NCBI GenBank assembly: GCA_021814615.1
Contig: JAKAHZ010000001.1
Span: 31,178-95,177, forward strand
Length of the DNA stretch: 64,000 bases
Source: Nitrospirota bacterium
GTDB taxonomy: Bacteria > Nitrospirota > UBA9217
Direction of reading: 5' to 3'
Each line of letters starts with the position of its first letter. The first letter of the stretch is position 1. The notes beneath the pieces are model-generated. The model made no database searches. It was not told the DNA's origin and saw nothing but the letters and a program-made list of their open reading frames with translations. This document shows positions 8,904 through 17,458 of the stretch, piece after piece. A program made the position numbers and the translations under genes.

Positions 8904-11333
8904 ATGCGATTCCCCTGTCGGAAGCAGCCGCAGGCCATGACCAAAGAACTGAAGCTCATTACCATCGCGCTCCGCGACTTTGCGCTGCCAGTCCCGCGCT
9001 TTGGAAGCATCGAAGCCCTCTCCGGGTACGGCCCTGCTGCGCGCGAAGGACAGGAGATCCACAGCCGCGTTCAGCGGAAGCGCCGGAAAGCCGATCCAGC
9101 CTACGAATCCGAGGTTGCCGTCAGCCACACCTTCGATCGCGGCGGGTACGGATTCCGGATCACGGGCCGCATGGACGGCATCTTTCATCACGACCCCGCG
9201 AAGATCGAGGAGATCAAGACGGGCTTCGCCATCCGTGAGCTGGCGGCGAGGCTTGCAGCAGACCCTTTCAGCCATCCCTACGGCCTTCAGCTCCTCACCT
9301 ACGGCTATATCCACGGGAAGGAGCAGGGACGCATTCCCCTCCTCTCCTTCCATCTCGTCTCGAGCAGGAGCAAAGACGCGCTCGATCTCCCGATCGCCTT
9401 CGATCTTGCCGCCTACGAACGATGGCTCGACGCCAGGCTGAACGAACTGGTTGAGGAGGCGCGGGCAGCGGAAAAGCGGGCGGCCCGGCGCAGAAAGATC
9501 GCGGCGAGTTTCCCCTTTCCCTTCCCGGAATCCCGTCCCGGACAGCGGGAGATGATCGCAACGATCGAAGAAGGGATCCGGCAATCCCAGCCGATGCTCC
9601 TCCAGGCCCCCACCGGCCTGGGCAAGACCGTGGGTGTGCTCTTTCCGGTGCTGCAGGACGCGCTCGACCGGGGCCAGCGCACGGTCTACGTCACCCCGAA
9701 GAACAGCCAGCACGCTGTTGCCGAGGACGCCGTCAACCGGTTCCACGAAGCGGGAGCGAAGATCAAGTCCCTCACCATCACGGCAAAGAGCAAGATCTGC
9801 TTCCAGAACGAACCGCTCTGCGACCCCGCGTACTGTGAATTCGCAGAGGATTACTACGGGAAGGTCCAGCGCGGGAATCTCCTTGGCCTCCTGGCGCGGA
9901 AGCGGCGTCTCACCGCCCGTGCCTTCCGCAGCCTGGGAGAGGAATACGAGGTCTGCCCTTTCGAACTCCAGCTCGACGCAGCCGTCGAGGCCGATCTCAT
10001 CATCTGCGATTACAACTACGTCTTCGCGCCCCGATCCGCCTTCCGCAGAATCGCGGGCATCGGCGTGGATCAGGAGGGCAGGCCGAACCTGGTGATCGAC
10101 GAGTGCCACAACCTCCCATCCCGGGCCATGGACTACTACTCCCCGTCGCTCTCCACCGTCTCGCTCGAACAGCTCCGGCCGGAGCTCCGCGCCCTGGCCG
10201 CTCCCTTCTGCGCGGAAGCGCAATCCCTGCTTAACGAGTGCATCGGCGTGATCGTTGCCTGCAGGCCGGAAAACACAAAAGCTCCGGCGCGGATCGAACC
10301 TCCTGTCGAAGCGTTCCTCGAACAGGACCTTCGGCTGCGCTCTTTCCTTTCCCGGTATCTGGACCGGAAGGAAGAAATCGAGCGGGGCGATCCGGTCCTG
10401 CGGCTGTGCTTTTCCTGGTCCGAGTTCAGCGAAGCGCTCGCCCTTGCCGCCGATGCCGAGTGGAACGAATTCTTTTTCACCTTTCATCCCTCGGACAACG
10501 GAGGGATCGTCAAGATCACCTGCTGCGACGCATCGGCCATGATAGCGGACCGCTACGACGACTACGAGCAGACCGTCGGGTTCTCGGCCACGTTAAAGCC
10601 CTTCGAATACTATGCCCGGCTCTCGGGACTCGATCCCGGCGGGATCAGGACCGCCGAGTTCGCGAGCCCCTTTGACCGGGAGAACCGCAAGCTCCTGATC
10701 ATCCCGCAGGTCTCGACAAAGTACGCGGACCGGGAGCGGAATTACGGGAAAATTGCGGAAGCTGTCGGCAGGATCGCGGCGATCAGGCCGGGCAATTACT
10801 TTGTCTTCTTCCCGAGCTTCGAATTTCTCGACCGGGTATGCGACGCCTTTCCTGCGCCGGAGGGTTTTCGGATCGTCAGGCAGCACCGGGAGATGAAAGC
10901 CGCGGCGGTCGAAGAGGTCCTGGAGACGCTCCGGGAAGGAAAAGGGCCGACCATCGTCTTCGCGGTCCAGGGCGGGAGTTTCGCCGAAGGAGTGGACTAT
11001 CCCGGCCACATGGCCATCGGCGCCTTCGTGATCGGTCCGCCGCTCCCGGTCTTCGACCTCGAGCGCGAGCTCATGCGCGAGTACTACCAGCGGCAGTACC
11101 GGGCGGGATTTGACTATGCCTACGCTATTCCCGCCATGGCCAAGGCGGTCCAGGCAGCGGGCAGGGTGATCCGGTCGGAAACGGACCGCGGACTGATCGT
11201 GCTCATGGACTCCCGGTTCATCGAGCCGGGCTATGCCCGGTCCATGCCGCGCGACTGGTTCGAATCGCACGCTGGCGAGCTGGTGTCGGAGAGCATTTTA
11301 CAGGAAGTGAAGGAGTTCTGGGAGAGAGGATAA
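8904..11333 (+). CDS. RecB-family PD-(D/E)xK nuclease domain fused to Rad3/XPD/DinG-type Fe-S helicase
   Basis: N-terminal 'GRMDGIF...IEEIKTG' (D...ExK) and 'QLLTY' (QhxxY) nuclease motifs; Walker A 'APTGLGKT', DEAH 'VIDECHNL', four Cys 'CFQNEPLCDPAYCEF...CPF' Fe-S insertion; start may be ATG 8937. Confidence 0.75.
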   Translation: MRFPCRKQPQAMTKELKLITIALRDFALPVPRFGSIEALSGYGPAAREGQEIHSRVQRKRRKADPAYESEVAVSHTFDRGGYGFRITGRMDGIFHHDPAKIEEIKTGFAIRELAARLAADPFSHPYGLQLLTYGYIHGKEQGRIPLLSFHLVSSRSKDALDLPIAFDLAAYERWLDARLNELVEEARAAEKRAARRRKIAASFPFPFPESRPGQREMIATIEEGIRQSQPMLLQAPTGLGKTVGVLFPVLQDALDRGQRTVYVTPKNSQHAVAEDAVNRFHEAGAKIKSLTITAKSKICFQNEPLCDPAYCEFAEDYYGKVQRGNLLGLLARKRRLTARAFRSLGEEYEVCPFELQLDAAVEADLIICDYNYVFAPRSAFRRIAGIGVDQEGRPNLVIDECHNLPSRAMDYYSPSLSTVSLEQLRPELRALAAPFCAEAQSLLNECIGVIVACRPENTKAPARIEPPVEAFLEQDLRLRSFLSRYLDRKEEIERGDPVLRLCFSWSEFSEALALAADAEWNEFFFTFHPSDNGGIVKITCCDASAMIADRYDDYEQTVGFSATLKPFEYYARLSGLDPGGIRTAEFASPFDRENRKLLIIPQVSTKYADRERNYGKIAEAVGRIAAIRPGNYFVFFPSFEFLDRVCDAFPAPEGFRIVRQHREMKAAAVEEVLETLREGKGPTIVFAVQGGSFAEGVDYPGHMAIGAFVIGPPLPVFDLERELMREYYQRQYRAGFDYAYAIPAMAKAVQAAGRVIRSETDRGLIVLMDSRFIEPGYARSMPRDWFESHAGELVSESILQEVKEFWERG

Positions 11334-11682
11334 TGCGAACTATTTGACAGGGATAATACGGATTGACGCAGATTGGCAAAAGTTTGGGTAGGTGCGGCTT
11401 TAGCCGCTCAAACACAGATCGAAACGAAACGAACGGCGAACTGGACACGGATGAACACGGATAAACACAGATTAAAGTGCTGAATAGGCCCTGGATATAG
11501 TAACGCCCTGGGCAGGGGCGGCTTCTGCCGCCCATGGAAAGCTGAAGCCTCCCGGTGTCAGAGCGATCACCCGCTAGTGTATCTGTCCCCGCTCTCTTCG
11601 CGAGAAGAGGTTCTCCGCGGAAGTGGTCCGCCTTTCTCTGCGCCCTGCGGCACTGCAAGAGATGCCTTTGCTTCCGACTGAA

Positions 11683-12687
11683 TCAATGCTCCAGCGTGCC
11701 GACCATGGGGATCAGCCGCTGGTACTGCTCGTAGGGGATCTGGGAATGCCAGTGCCCCGTCGCTACGCCGATGCCGATGACGGCATAGAACAGCGCGACG
11801 AGCAGCACCGCGTACAGCACCGGCTTGAGCACCCGGACGGTCTTCCCGGCCTTCAGGGTGATGTCGAGTGCGCCTTCGGCGGGGCAGCGGCTCACGCAGG
11901 TCATGCAGCCGAAGCATTCCGCGGACGAAACGACCTCCTGCTTCTCCACGTCGATCAAGGTGGGACAGTGCTTGGTGCAGGCATGGCAATGCACGCACTT
12001 CGCGTCGTTCCGCCGCACCTTGACCGGGCTCAGTTTCGACAGGAGGCCCAGGAGCGCGCCGTAGGGACAGAGGTAGCGGCACCAGACATTCTTGTACAGG
12101 AGCGACAGACCGGCCAGGATGCCGATGACCCACATGCTCAAGCTGGACATGTCGGTGAAGAACTTGAGCATCTTCACGTCGGCGACCATGTAATAATCGC
12201 TCATGAAGAACATGACGATCATCGTCGTTCCCATGGCCACGACGATGACCCAGAAGAACGCCGACAGCAGGAGATACTTGATCGCCCGCAAGCCGATGTC
12301 GGTGTACCGCTCGACCCGGAAGTTCCTGCCGAAGATCTTCTCGCCTGCCATCCAGACGTACTGCGAGATCGTGCCGATGGGGCAGATCCAGCCGCAAAAG
12401 CCCTTCTTGAGCAGGAGCGAGACGCCGCAGATCGCGATGAACATGATAAGGCCCGAGGGGTGGAGCGGCTCCACCTGGAAGCTCGCCACAAAATACTTGA
12501 AGGCCATGAGTCCGCCGATGGGCAGGTAGGCGTCCACCGACGGCGGCCGTTCGACAAAGGGCTTGCCGGGCTGCTCGAAATGCTGCACAAAGTGATAGAA
12601 TTGCCATCCCGCGACGAGCGTGATCACCAGGAACAGCGCCTGGACGCCGTAGCGGAGATACCGGAGGGAAGTGCGTGGATAAGTCAT
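11683..12687 (-). CDS. NapH/MauN-type membrane-bound polyferredoxin (4Fe-4S binding protein)
   Basis: TM helices with 'FCGWICPIG' and 'CRYLCPYG' plus two ferredoxin CxxCxxCxxxCP motifs. Confidence 0.75.
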   Translation of the reverse strand: MTYPRTSLRYLRYGVQALFLVITLVAGWQFYHFVQHFEQPGKPFVERPPSVDAYLPIGGLMAFKYFVASFQVEPLHPSGLIMFIAICGVSLLLKKGFCGWICPIGTISQYVWMAGEKIFGRNFRVERYTDIGLRAIKYLLLSAFFWVIVVAMGTTMIVMFFMSDYYMVADVKMLKFFTDMSSLSMWVIGILAGLSLLYKNVWCRYLCPYGALLGLLSKLSPVKVRRNDAKCVHCHACTKHCPTLIDVEKQEVVSSAECFGCMTCVSRCPAEGALDITLKAGKTVRVLKPVLYAVLLVALFYAVIGIGVATGHWHSQIPYEQYQRLIPMVGTLEH

Positions 12688-12956
12688 GATGGATTATACC
12701 TGCAGGGCAGCCTGCTCCCTATGACCCAGGTCATAGTTCCCGCCTCGGGCAATGGGGCGTGTGTTTTTCGGGAAACCGGCATACCGGCAACGGATCAAAG
12801 AGTCGCGAATACGGGCAACAAACTGATATCTCATAATAAACACGAACGCCGCTTCTGTCAAAGGACTTCGGCCGGCGTCGCGGGCAAAATTATATTGACA
12901 TCAACAAGATATAATGTGAAAATGTTTGTCACATCGGCCTGTGGGGGAGGTTTGAA

Positions 12957-13871
12957 ATGGTCCGGTTCTTTATACGCGCCCTGCCGCGGATGATCCTCGT
13001 GTTCCTTGCATCGGTCCTGGTTTGCATTCCCTCGACGTCCTTTTCCGAACCCGCCCAGAAGAAGCTTCTCATCGGCCTCATCCCGGAGATGAACATTTTC
13101 AGGCAGAAGGAGCGGTTCCGGCTGCTGGGAGATTATCTGTCGCGCAAAACCGGCATCCCCGTGGAATTCACGATCCTGAGTCGGTACGGAAATATCCTCG
13201 AAAGCTTCAATGCGGAGAACATGGACGGCGCGTTCTTCGGATCCTTCACCGGCGCCCTGGCGATCCGGAAGCTCGGCGTCGTACCGATCGCCCGCCCCGT
13301 GAACCTGGATAAAACCGCCACCTACCAGGGCTACATTTTCGTGCGCAAGGACAGCGGCATCACGACCGCCCGGGCCATGCGCGGAAAACGCATGGCCTTC
13401 GTGGACAAGGCGACCACGGCCGGCTACCTCTTCCCCCTCGCCTGGCTCCACGAGAACGGAATCCGGGACACTGCCGGATTCTTCAGCGAACGGATCTTCG
13501 CCGGGAGCCACGACGCCGCCATGCAGGCGGTGCTTGACGGAAAGGCGGATGTCGGCGCGGCAAAGCACAGCGTGTACGACCGCATACGGAAGGAAAACCC
13601 CCGCATCGACCGCGAGCTGACGATCCTGGCCCGGTCGCCCTGGGTCCCGTCCAACGGCCTCTGTGTGCGGAAGAACCTCGACCCGGGGCTGAAGCAGCGT
13701 CTGCTGGACGCGCTGCTCAGCCTGGAAATGGAAACCGAGGGCAAGGCCGTGCTCGAGAAGATCGGCGCGCTCCGGTTCATCGAAACCTCGGTCAAGGATT
13801 ACGACCCGGTCTTCGACCTGGCGAAGAAGGCGGGCATCGACATCAAACACTATAACTATGTGAATAAGTAG
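12957..13871 (+). CDS. PhnD/SsuA-family periplasmic substrate-binding protein (phosphonate-type SBP)
   Basis: Signal peptide; PhnD-like fold signatures along the length; RBS GGGGGAGG; immediately upstream of GGDEF-EAL sensor. Confidence 0.65.
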   Translation: MVRFFIRALPRMILVFLASVLVCIPSTSFSEPAQKKLLIGLIPEMNIFRQKERFRLLGDYLSRKTGIPVEFTILSRYGNILESFNAENMDGAFFGSFTGALAIRKLGVVPIARPVNLDKTATYQGYIFVRKDSGITTARAMRGKRMAFVDKATTAGYLFPLAWLHENGIRDTAGFFSERIFAGSHDAAMQAVLDGKADVGAAKHSVYDRIRKENPRIDRELTILARSPWVPSNGLCVRKNLDPGLKQRLLDALLSLEMETEGKAVLEKIGALRFIETSVKDYDPVFDLAKKAGIDIKHYNYVNK

Positions 13872-13907
13872 CGGTCGCCTTACGGGCGGCCGGCCGATCT
13901 GCATTGC

Positions 13908-16403
13908 ATGAAACGAAAGATCATCATATCCCTGCTCCTCCTGTTCCTGCTGTCCGCTTCCGGCGGGGTGCTGGCAACATACTACATTGCTGATACCACC
14001 ACGACGCTCAGCCGCCTCATCACCCTCCATCAGATCGAAGACCTGCGCCAGAACCTGATCATGTCCATCCAGACGGTTCAGTCCGATCTGTACACGATCC
14101 ATACGCGCATGGGCCACAAACTCGACACCATCGTTGACAACGTGAACAAGCTGGATGCCGACGCGATGACCTGCAGCGGCTGCCATCATGTGCCGGAGGT
14201 CGCGGCGGACATCAAGCAGGTCCAGGACCTCGTCGACGAGTATCAGAATTCGCTCAGCTACTATATCACCGTTTCTGCGAACAAGCGCCTGATCGACCGG
14301 TACCAGTTCGACGCCGCGAATATCGGCAACCAGCTTCTGGAGGAAACAGGAGCCATGTCCGCCAGGGCAAGCAAACGCCTGGAGCGAACGACCAAAGAGG
14401 TTATGGTGAGGATCCGCCAGGCCCAGTTCATCCTTGGTTTCACGATCATCGCCACCCTCCTCCTGGGCGCGGTCGTCGCGTTCCATCTCATCCGTTCGGT
14501 CAGCCGGCCCATTCAGGCCCTGGTGAACGCCACCCGCGTCATCGCCATGGGAGACCTGGGCCACACGGTCCAGACCGACGACCGAACGGAGTTCGGCGAG
14601 CTGGTGAACCACTTCAACCACATGAGCGGCGCGCTCAAGGAGAACTACGAGGAGCTGACCGAGGAGATCAAGGAGCGCAGGCAGGCGGAAAAAGCGCTCC
14701 GGGAGAGCGAAGAACGGTATGCCCTCGCCGCGCAGGGCGCCAACGACGGCCTGTGGGACTGGGACATCTCGAAGAACGACATTCACTACTCGTCGCGGTG
14801 GAAGACCATGCTGGGGTACGGCGAGACCGAGCTCGGCAACCAGCTCGATGACTGGTTTGATCTCATTCACGATGACGACCGGGAAACGGTGAAAACGAAG
14901 CTGCTTGCCCATATCGACGGCCATTCCGCCCAGTTCGAGGCAGAATACCGCATACGGCACAAGAGCGGCGCCTACCGGTGGGTGCTGGCCCGGGGCGTGG
15001 CCGTTCGCGACGAGTCAGCGAAAGCCTACCGCATGGCCGGCTCCCAGACCGACATCACGCCCCGCAAGGACGCCGAGGCCCAGCTCATCCACGACGCCTT
15101 CCACGATTCGCTCACGCAGCTGCCTAACCGGGCGCTCTTCATGGACCGCCTGGAGCATGTCATCGATACGACCCGGCGTCATACCGGGCATCTCTACGCC
15201 GTCCTGTTCATCGATCTCGACCGCTTCAAGGTCGTGAACGACAGCATGGGTCACCCCGTGGGCGACGCCCTCCTGATCGAGGTGAGCCGACGCCTGAAGG
15301 AAACCCTCCGCCCCGGCGATACCGTCGCCCGGCTGGGCGGCGACGAGTTCTCGGTCCTGCTCGAGGATCTTCTGAGCCCCGAGGATATCCGCGAGGTCGC
15401 CGAACGGATCCTGCACATGCTCTCCGATCCCTATATCATCCAGAAGCAGGAGCTGATCATCACGCCCAGCATCGGCATTGCGGTCAAATCGCCGAACTAC
15501 GACAAGCCCGAGCAGATCCTGCGCGACGCCGACATCGCCATGTACCAGGCAAAGACCAAGGGCCGGGCGCGCTACGAATTTTTCGACGCCGACATGCTGG
15601 CCACGATCCTGGACCGCCTCCAGCTCGAGGGCGACCTCCGCATCGCCGTCGAGCATCACGCCGGCATGATGCTGCACTACCAGCCCATCATGGCCCCCCG
15701 GAACAGCCGCCTCATCGGCTTCGAAGCGCTCGTCCGGTGGAACCATCCCAAGCGAGGCATGATCTATCCGCTGGAGTTCATCCCGCTGGCAGAGGAAACC
15801 GGCATCATCATGCCCTTGAGCGACTGGATCCTCGAGGAGGCCGTCAAACAGCTCGAGGCATGGCAGCGCCTCTTCCCGGCGGACCCGCCGCTCACCATGA
15901 GCATGAACATCTCGAGCCGCCAGTTCCTGCAGCCCGGCTTCGTCGACAAGGTGCGCAAGGTGCTGAAGCGTCACTCGATCCCGGACGGATCGTTCGCCAT
16001 CGAGATCACGGAGAGCGTGCTCATGGAGCAGTCGGAAGCGGCCGTTCAGACCATCGAGCAGCTCCGGGACATGCACGTGCAGATCCACATCGACGATTTC
16101 GGCACCGGCTACTCGTCGCTCAGCTATCTGCACAATTTCCCGGTGAACGCCCTCAAGATCGACCGGTCCTTCATCGAAAAGATCTCCGGCAACAACGACA
16201 ACCTGGAGATCATCCGTGCAATCATGGCTCTCGCCCAGAGCCTCAATCTCGAAGTGATCGCCGAGGGCGTGGAGAAGGACCACCAGCTGTCGGTCATCAC
16301 GGACATGGACTGCAAATACTGCCAGGGCTTCTTCTTTTCCAAACCCCTCTCCCCGGAAGCGCTGGAGCAGTGGATCCGGTCCGACACAAAGTATCTCTCC
16401 TGA
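13908..16403 (+). CDS. Membrane signalling protein: HAMP-PAS-GGDEF-EAL (diguanylate cyclase/phosphodiesterase)
   Basis: TM + HAMP, PAS ('NDGLWDWDI'), 'RLGGDEFSVLL' GGDEF, 'FEALVRW' EAL and 'QGFFFSKP' motifs. Confidence 0.85.
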   Translation: MKRKIIISLLLLFLLSASGGVLATYYIADTTTTLSRLITLHQIEDLRQNLIMSIQTVQSDLYTIHTRMGHKLDTIVDNVNKLDADAMTCSGCHHVPEVAADIKQVQDLVDEYQNSLSYYITVSANKRLIDRYQFDAANIGNQLLEETGAMSARASKRLERTTKEVMVRIRQAQFILGFTIIATLLLGAVVAFHLIRSVSRPIQALVNATRVIAMGDLGHTVQTDDRTEFGELVNHFNHMSGALKENYEELTEEIKERRQAEKALRESEERYALAAQGANDGLWDWDISKNDIHYSSRWKTMLGYGETELGNQLDDWFDLIHDDDRETVKTKLLAHIDGHSAQFEAEYRIRHKSGAYRWVLARGVAVRDESAKAYRMAGSQTDITPRKDAEAQLIHDAFHDSLTQLPNRALFMDRLEHVIDTTRRHTGHLYAVLFIDLDRFKVVNDSMGHPVGDALLIEVSRRLKETLRPGDTVARLGGDEFSVLLEDLLSPEDIREVAERILHMLSDPYIIQKQELIITPSIGIAVKSPNYDKPEQILRDADIAMYQAKTKGRARYEFFDADMLATILDRLQLEGDLRIAVEHHAGMMLHYQPIMAPRNSRLIGFEALVRWNHPKRGMIYPLEFIPLAEETGIIMPLSDWILEEAVKQLEAWQRLFPADPPLTMSMNISSRQFLQPGFVDKVRKVLKRHSIPDGSFAIEITESVLMEQSEAAVQTIEQLRDMHVQIHIDDFGTGYSSLSYLHNFPVNALKIDRSFIEKISGNNDNLEIIRAIMALAQSLNLEVIAEGVEKDHQLSVITDMDCKYCQGFFFSKPLSPEALEQWIRSDTKYLS

Positions 16404-16613
16404 CCCATCGACGTTCATCCCCTTCCGTTCGCCTGGCGCCCGATCTTTCCCATCCCCACCCCGGCCCTCCCCTTGCAACCGGCTTCTCCCCCTTCCGCAG
16501 GCAGCTGAAAAAGCCTGGTTTCCTCTCTGCTGTTGATCCTGTTGTGCGACCGTTCACACGGTGGGACGCCGAGCGCTGAAACGTCTTCTTGTGAGGATCG
16601 TCGAAGGGAGACG

Positions 16614-17363
16614 CTACGCAGGATGGTTCGGAAGCGGCACCAGATGCTCGCGAATAAACTCCCGGATGAGTTCCCGGTCCTCCGGCGAGATGGCGACGAA
16701 TTTCATGCCCATGCCGGGTTCCTTATGGGGCCCCTCGCCGAATCCGTAGATATAGAGCACTTGTGCCTGAGCCTTCACGATGTGCTTGGCTATGACGAAG
16801 GTGACGGTATGGCGGGAACCCACAGGTCGGGGATTCAGGGTCTTGATGAAGAGGCCGCTGTCCGAGAGCGCGGTGACAATCTCGGAAGCTCCCTGGCCCG
16901 AGCCGTCCACGGATGCCTTGAGAAAGGCGGTAACGCGCAGGGCCGTGCGGGGCGTCGGTTCCACGGCAGCCTGCACGGCCCGGAACAGCTCCTCGGCAGC
17001 CACGGGTTTGCGCAGGTACCCCGCGCACCCGATCCGGCGGCAGTGGCTCTCGCTGTCGATGTCGCCGAGCCGGGTTTGGATGACCACGGGGATCGAGGCA
17101 AGTTTCTGGTCTTTTCGCATGCGTTCGATCAGTTCGAACCCGCTCTTGCCGGGCAGCTGCAGTTCAGTCACGATGAAATGCGGAATCGCGACGGCAAAAA
17201 ATTCGAGCGCCTCTTCGGCGCTCTTTACCGTCGTGACGGTGTACCCGAAATTCTGCAGCAGCATGCCCGTTTCGTGCACATCCCGGACGTCGCTGTCGAT
17301 GACGAGCACCAGCCGTTTTTTCCGGAGCTCTTCCTCTGATGCATGAGCCTGCTGTTCCGTCAT
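16614..17363 (-). CDS. Response regulator receiver fused to C-terminal PilZ (c-di-GMP-binding) domain
   Basis: Receiver 'LVLVIDSDV...IVTELQLPGKSG'; C-terminal PilZ-like 'GMGMKFVAISPEDRELIREFI'; start chosen at MTEQQ (listed ORF start is GC-rich read-through). Confidence 0.65.
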   Translation of the reverse strand: MTEQQAHASEEELRKKRLVLVIDSDVRDVHETGMLLQNFGYTVTTVKSAEEALEFFAVAIPHFIVTELQLPGKSGFELIERMRKDQKLASIPVVIQTRLGDIDSESHCRRIGCAGYLRKPVAAEELFRAVQAAVEPTPRTALRVTAFLKASVDGSGQGASEIVTALSDSGLFIKTLNPRPVGSRHTVTFVIAKHIVKAQAQVLYIYGFGEGPHKEPGMGMKFVAISPEDRELIREFIREHLVPLPNHPA

Positions 17364-17458
17364 GGTCCCGCTCTCATCCCCTTCGACGCCTCGTTGGCCG
17401 GAGAACGAGCTGCATTCACGGCTTGTTTCGATTATACCAAAGGAAGGGCGGTGCGGCA

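Noticed and set aside
8558-9238. 226-aa plus-strand ORF and 69/70-aa minus-strand ORFs spanning the peptide/helicase intergenic region
   Set aside because: They overlap the repeat element and the helicase 5' region, have no RBS, and give low-complexity translations. The 32-aa minus-strand ORF with a strong SD is the better candidate in this interval.
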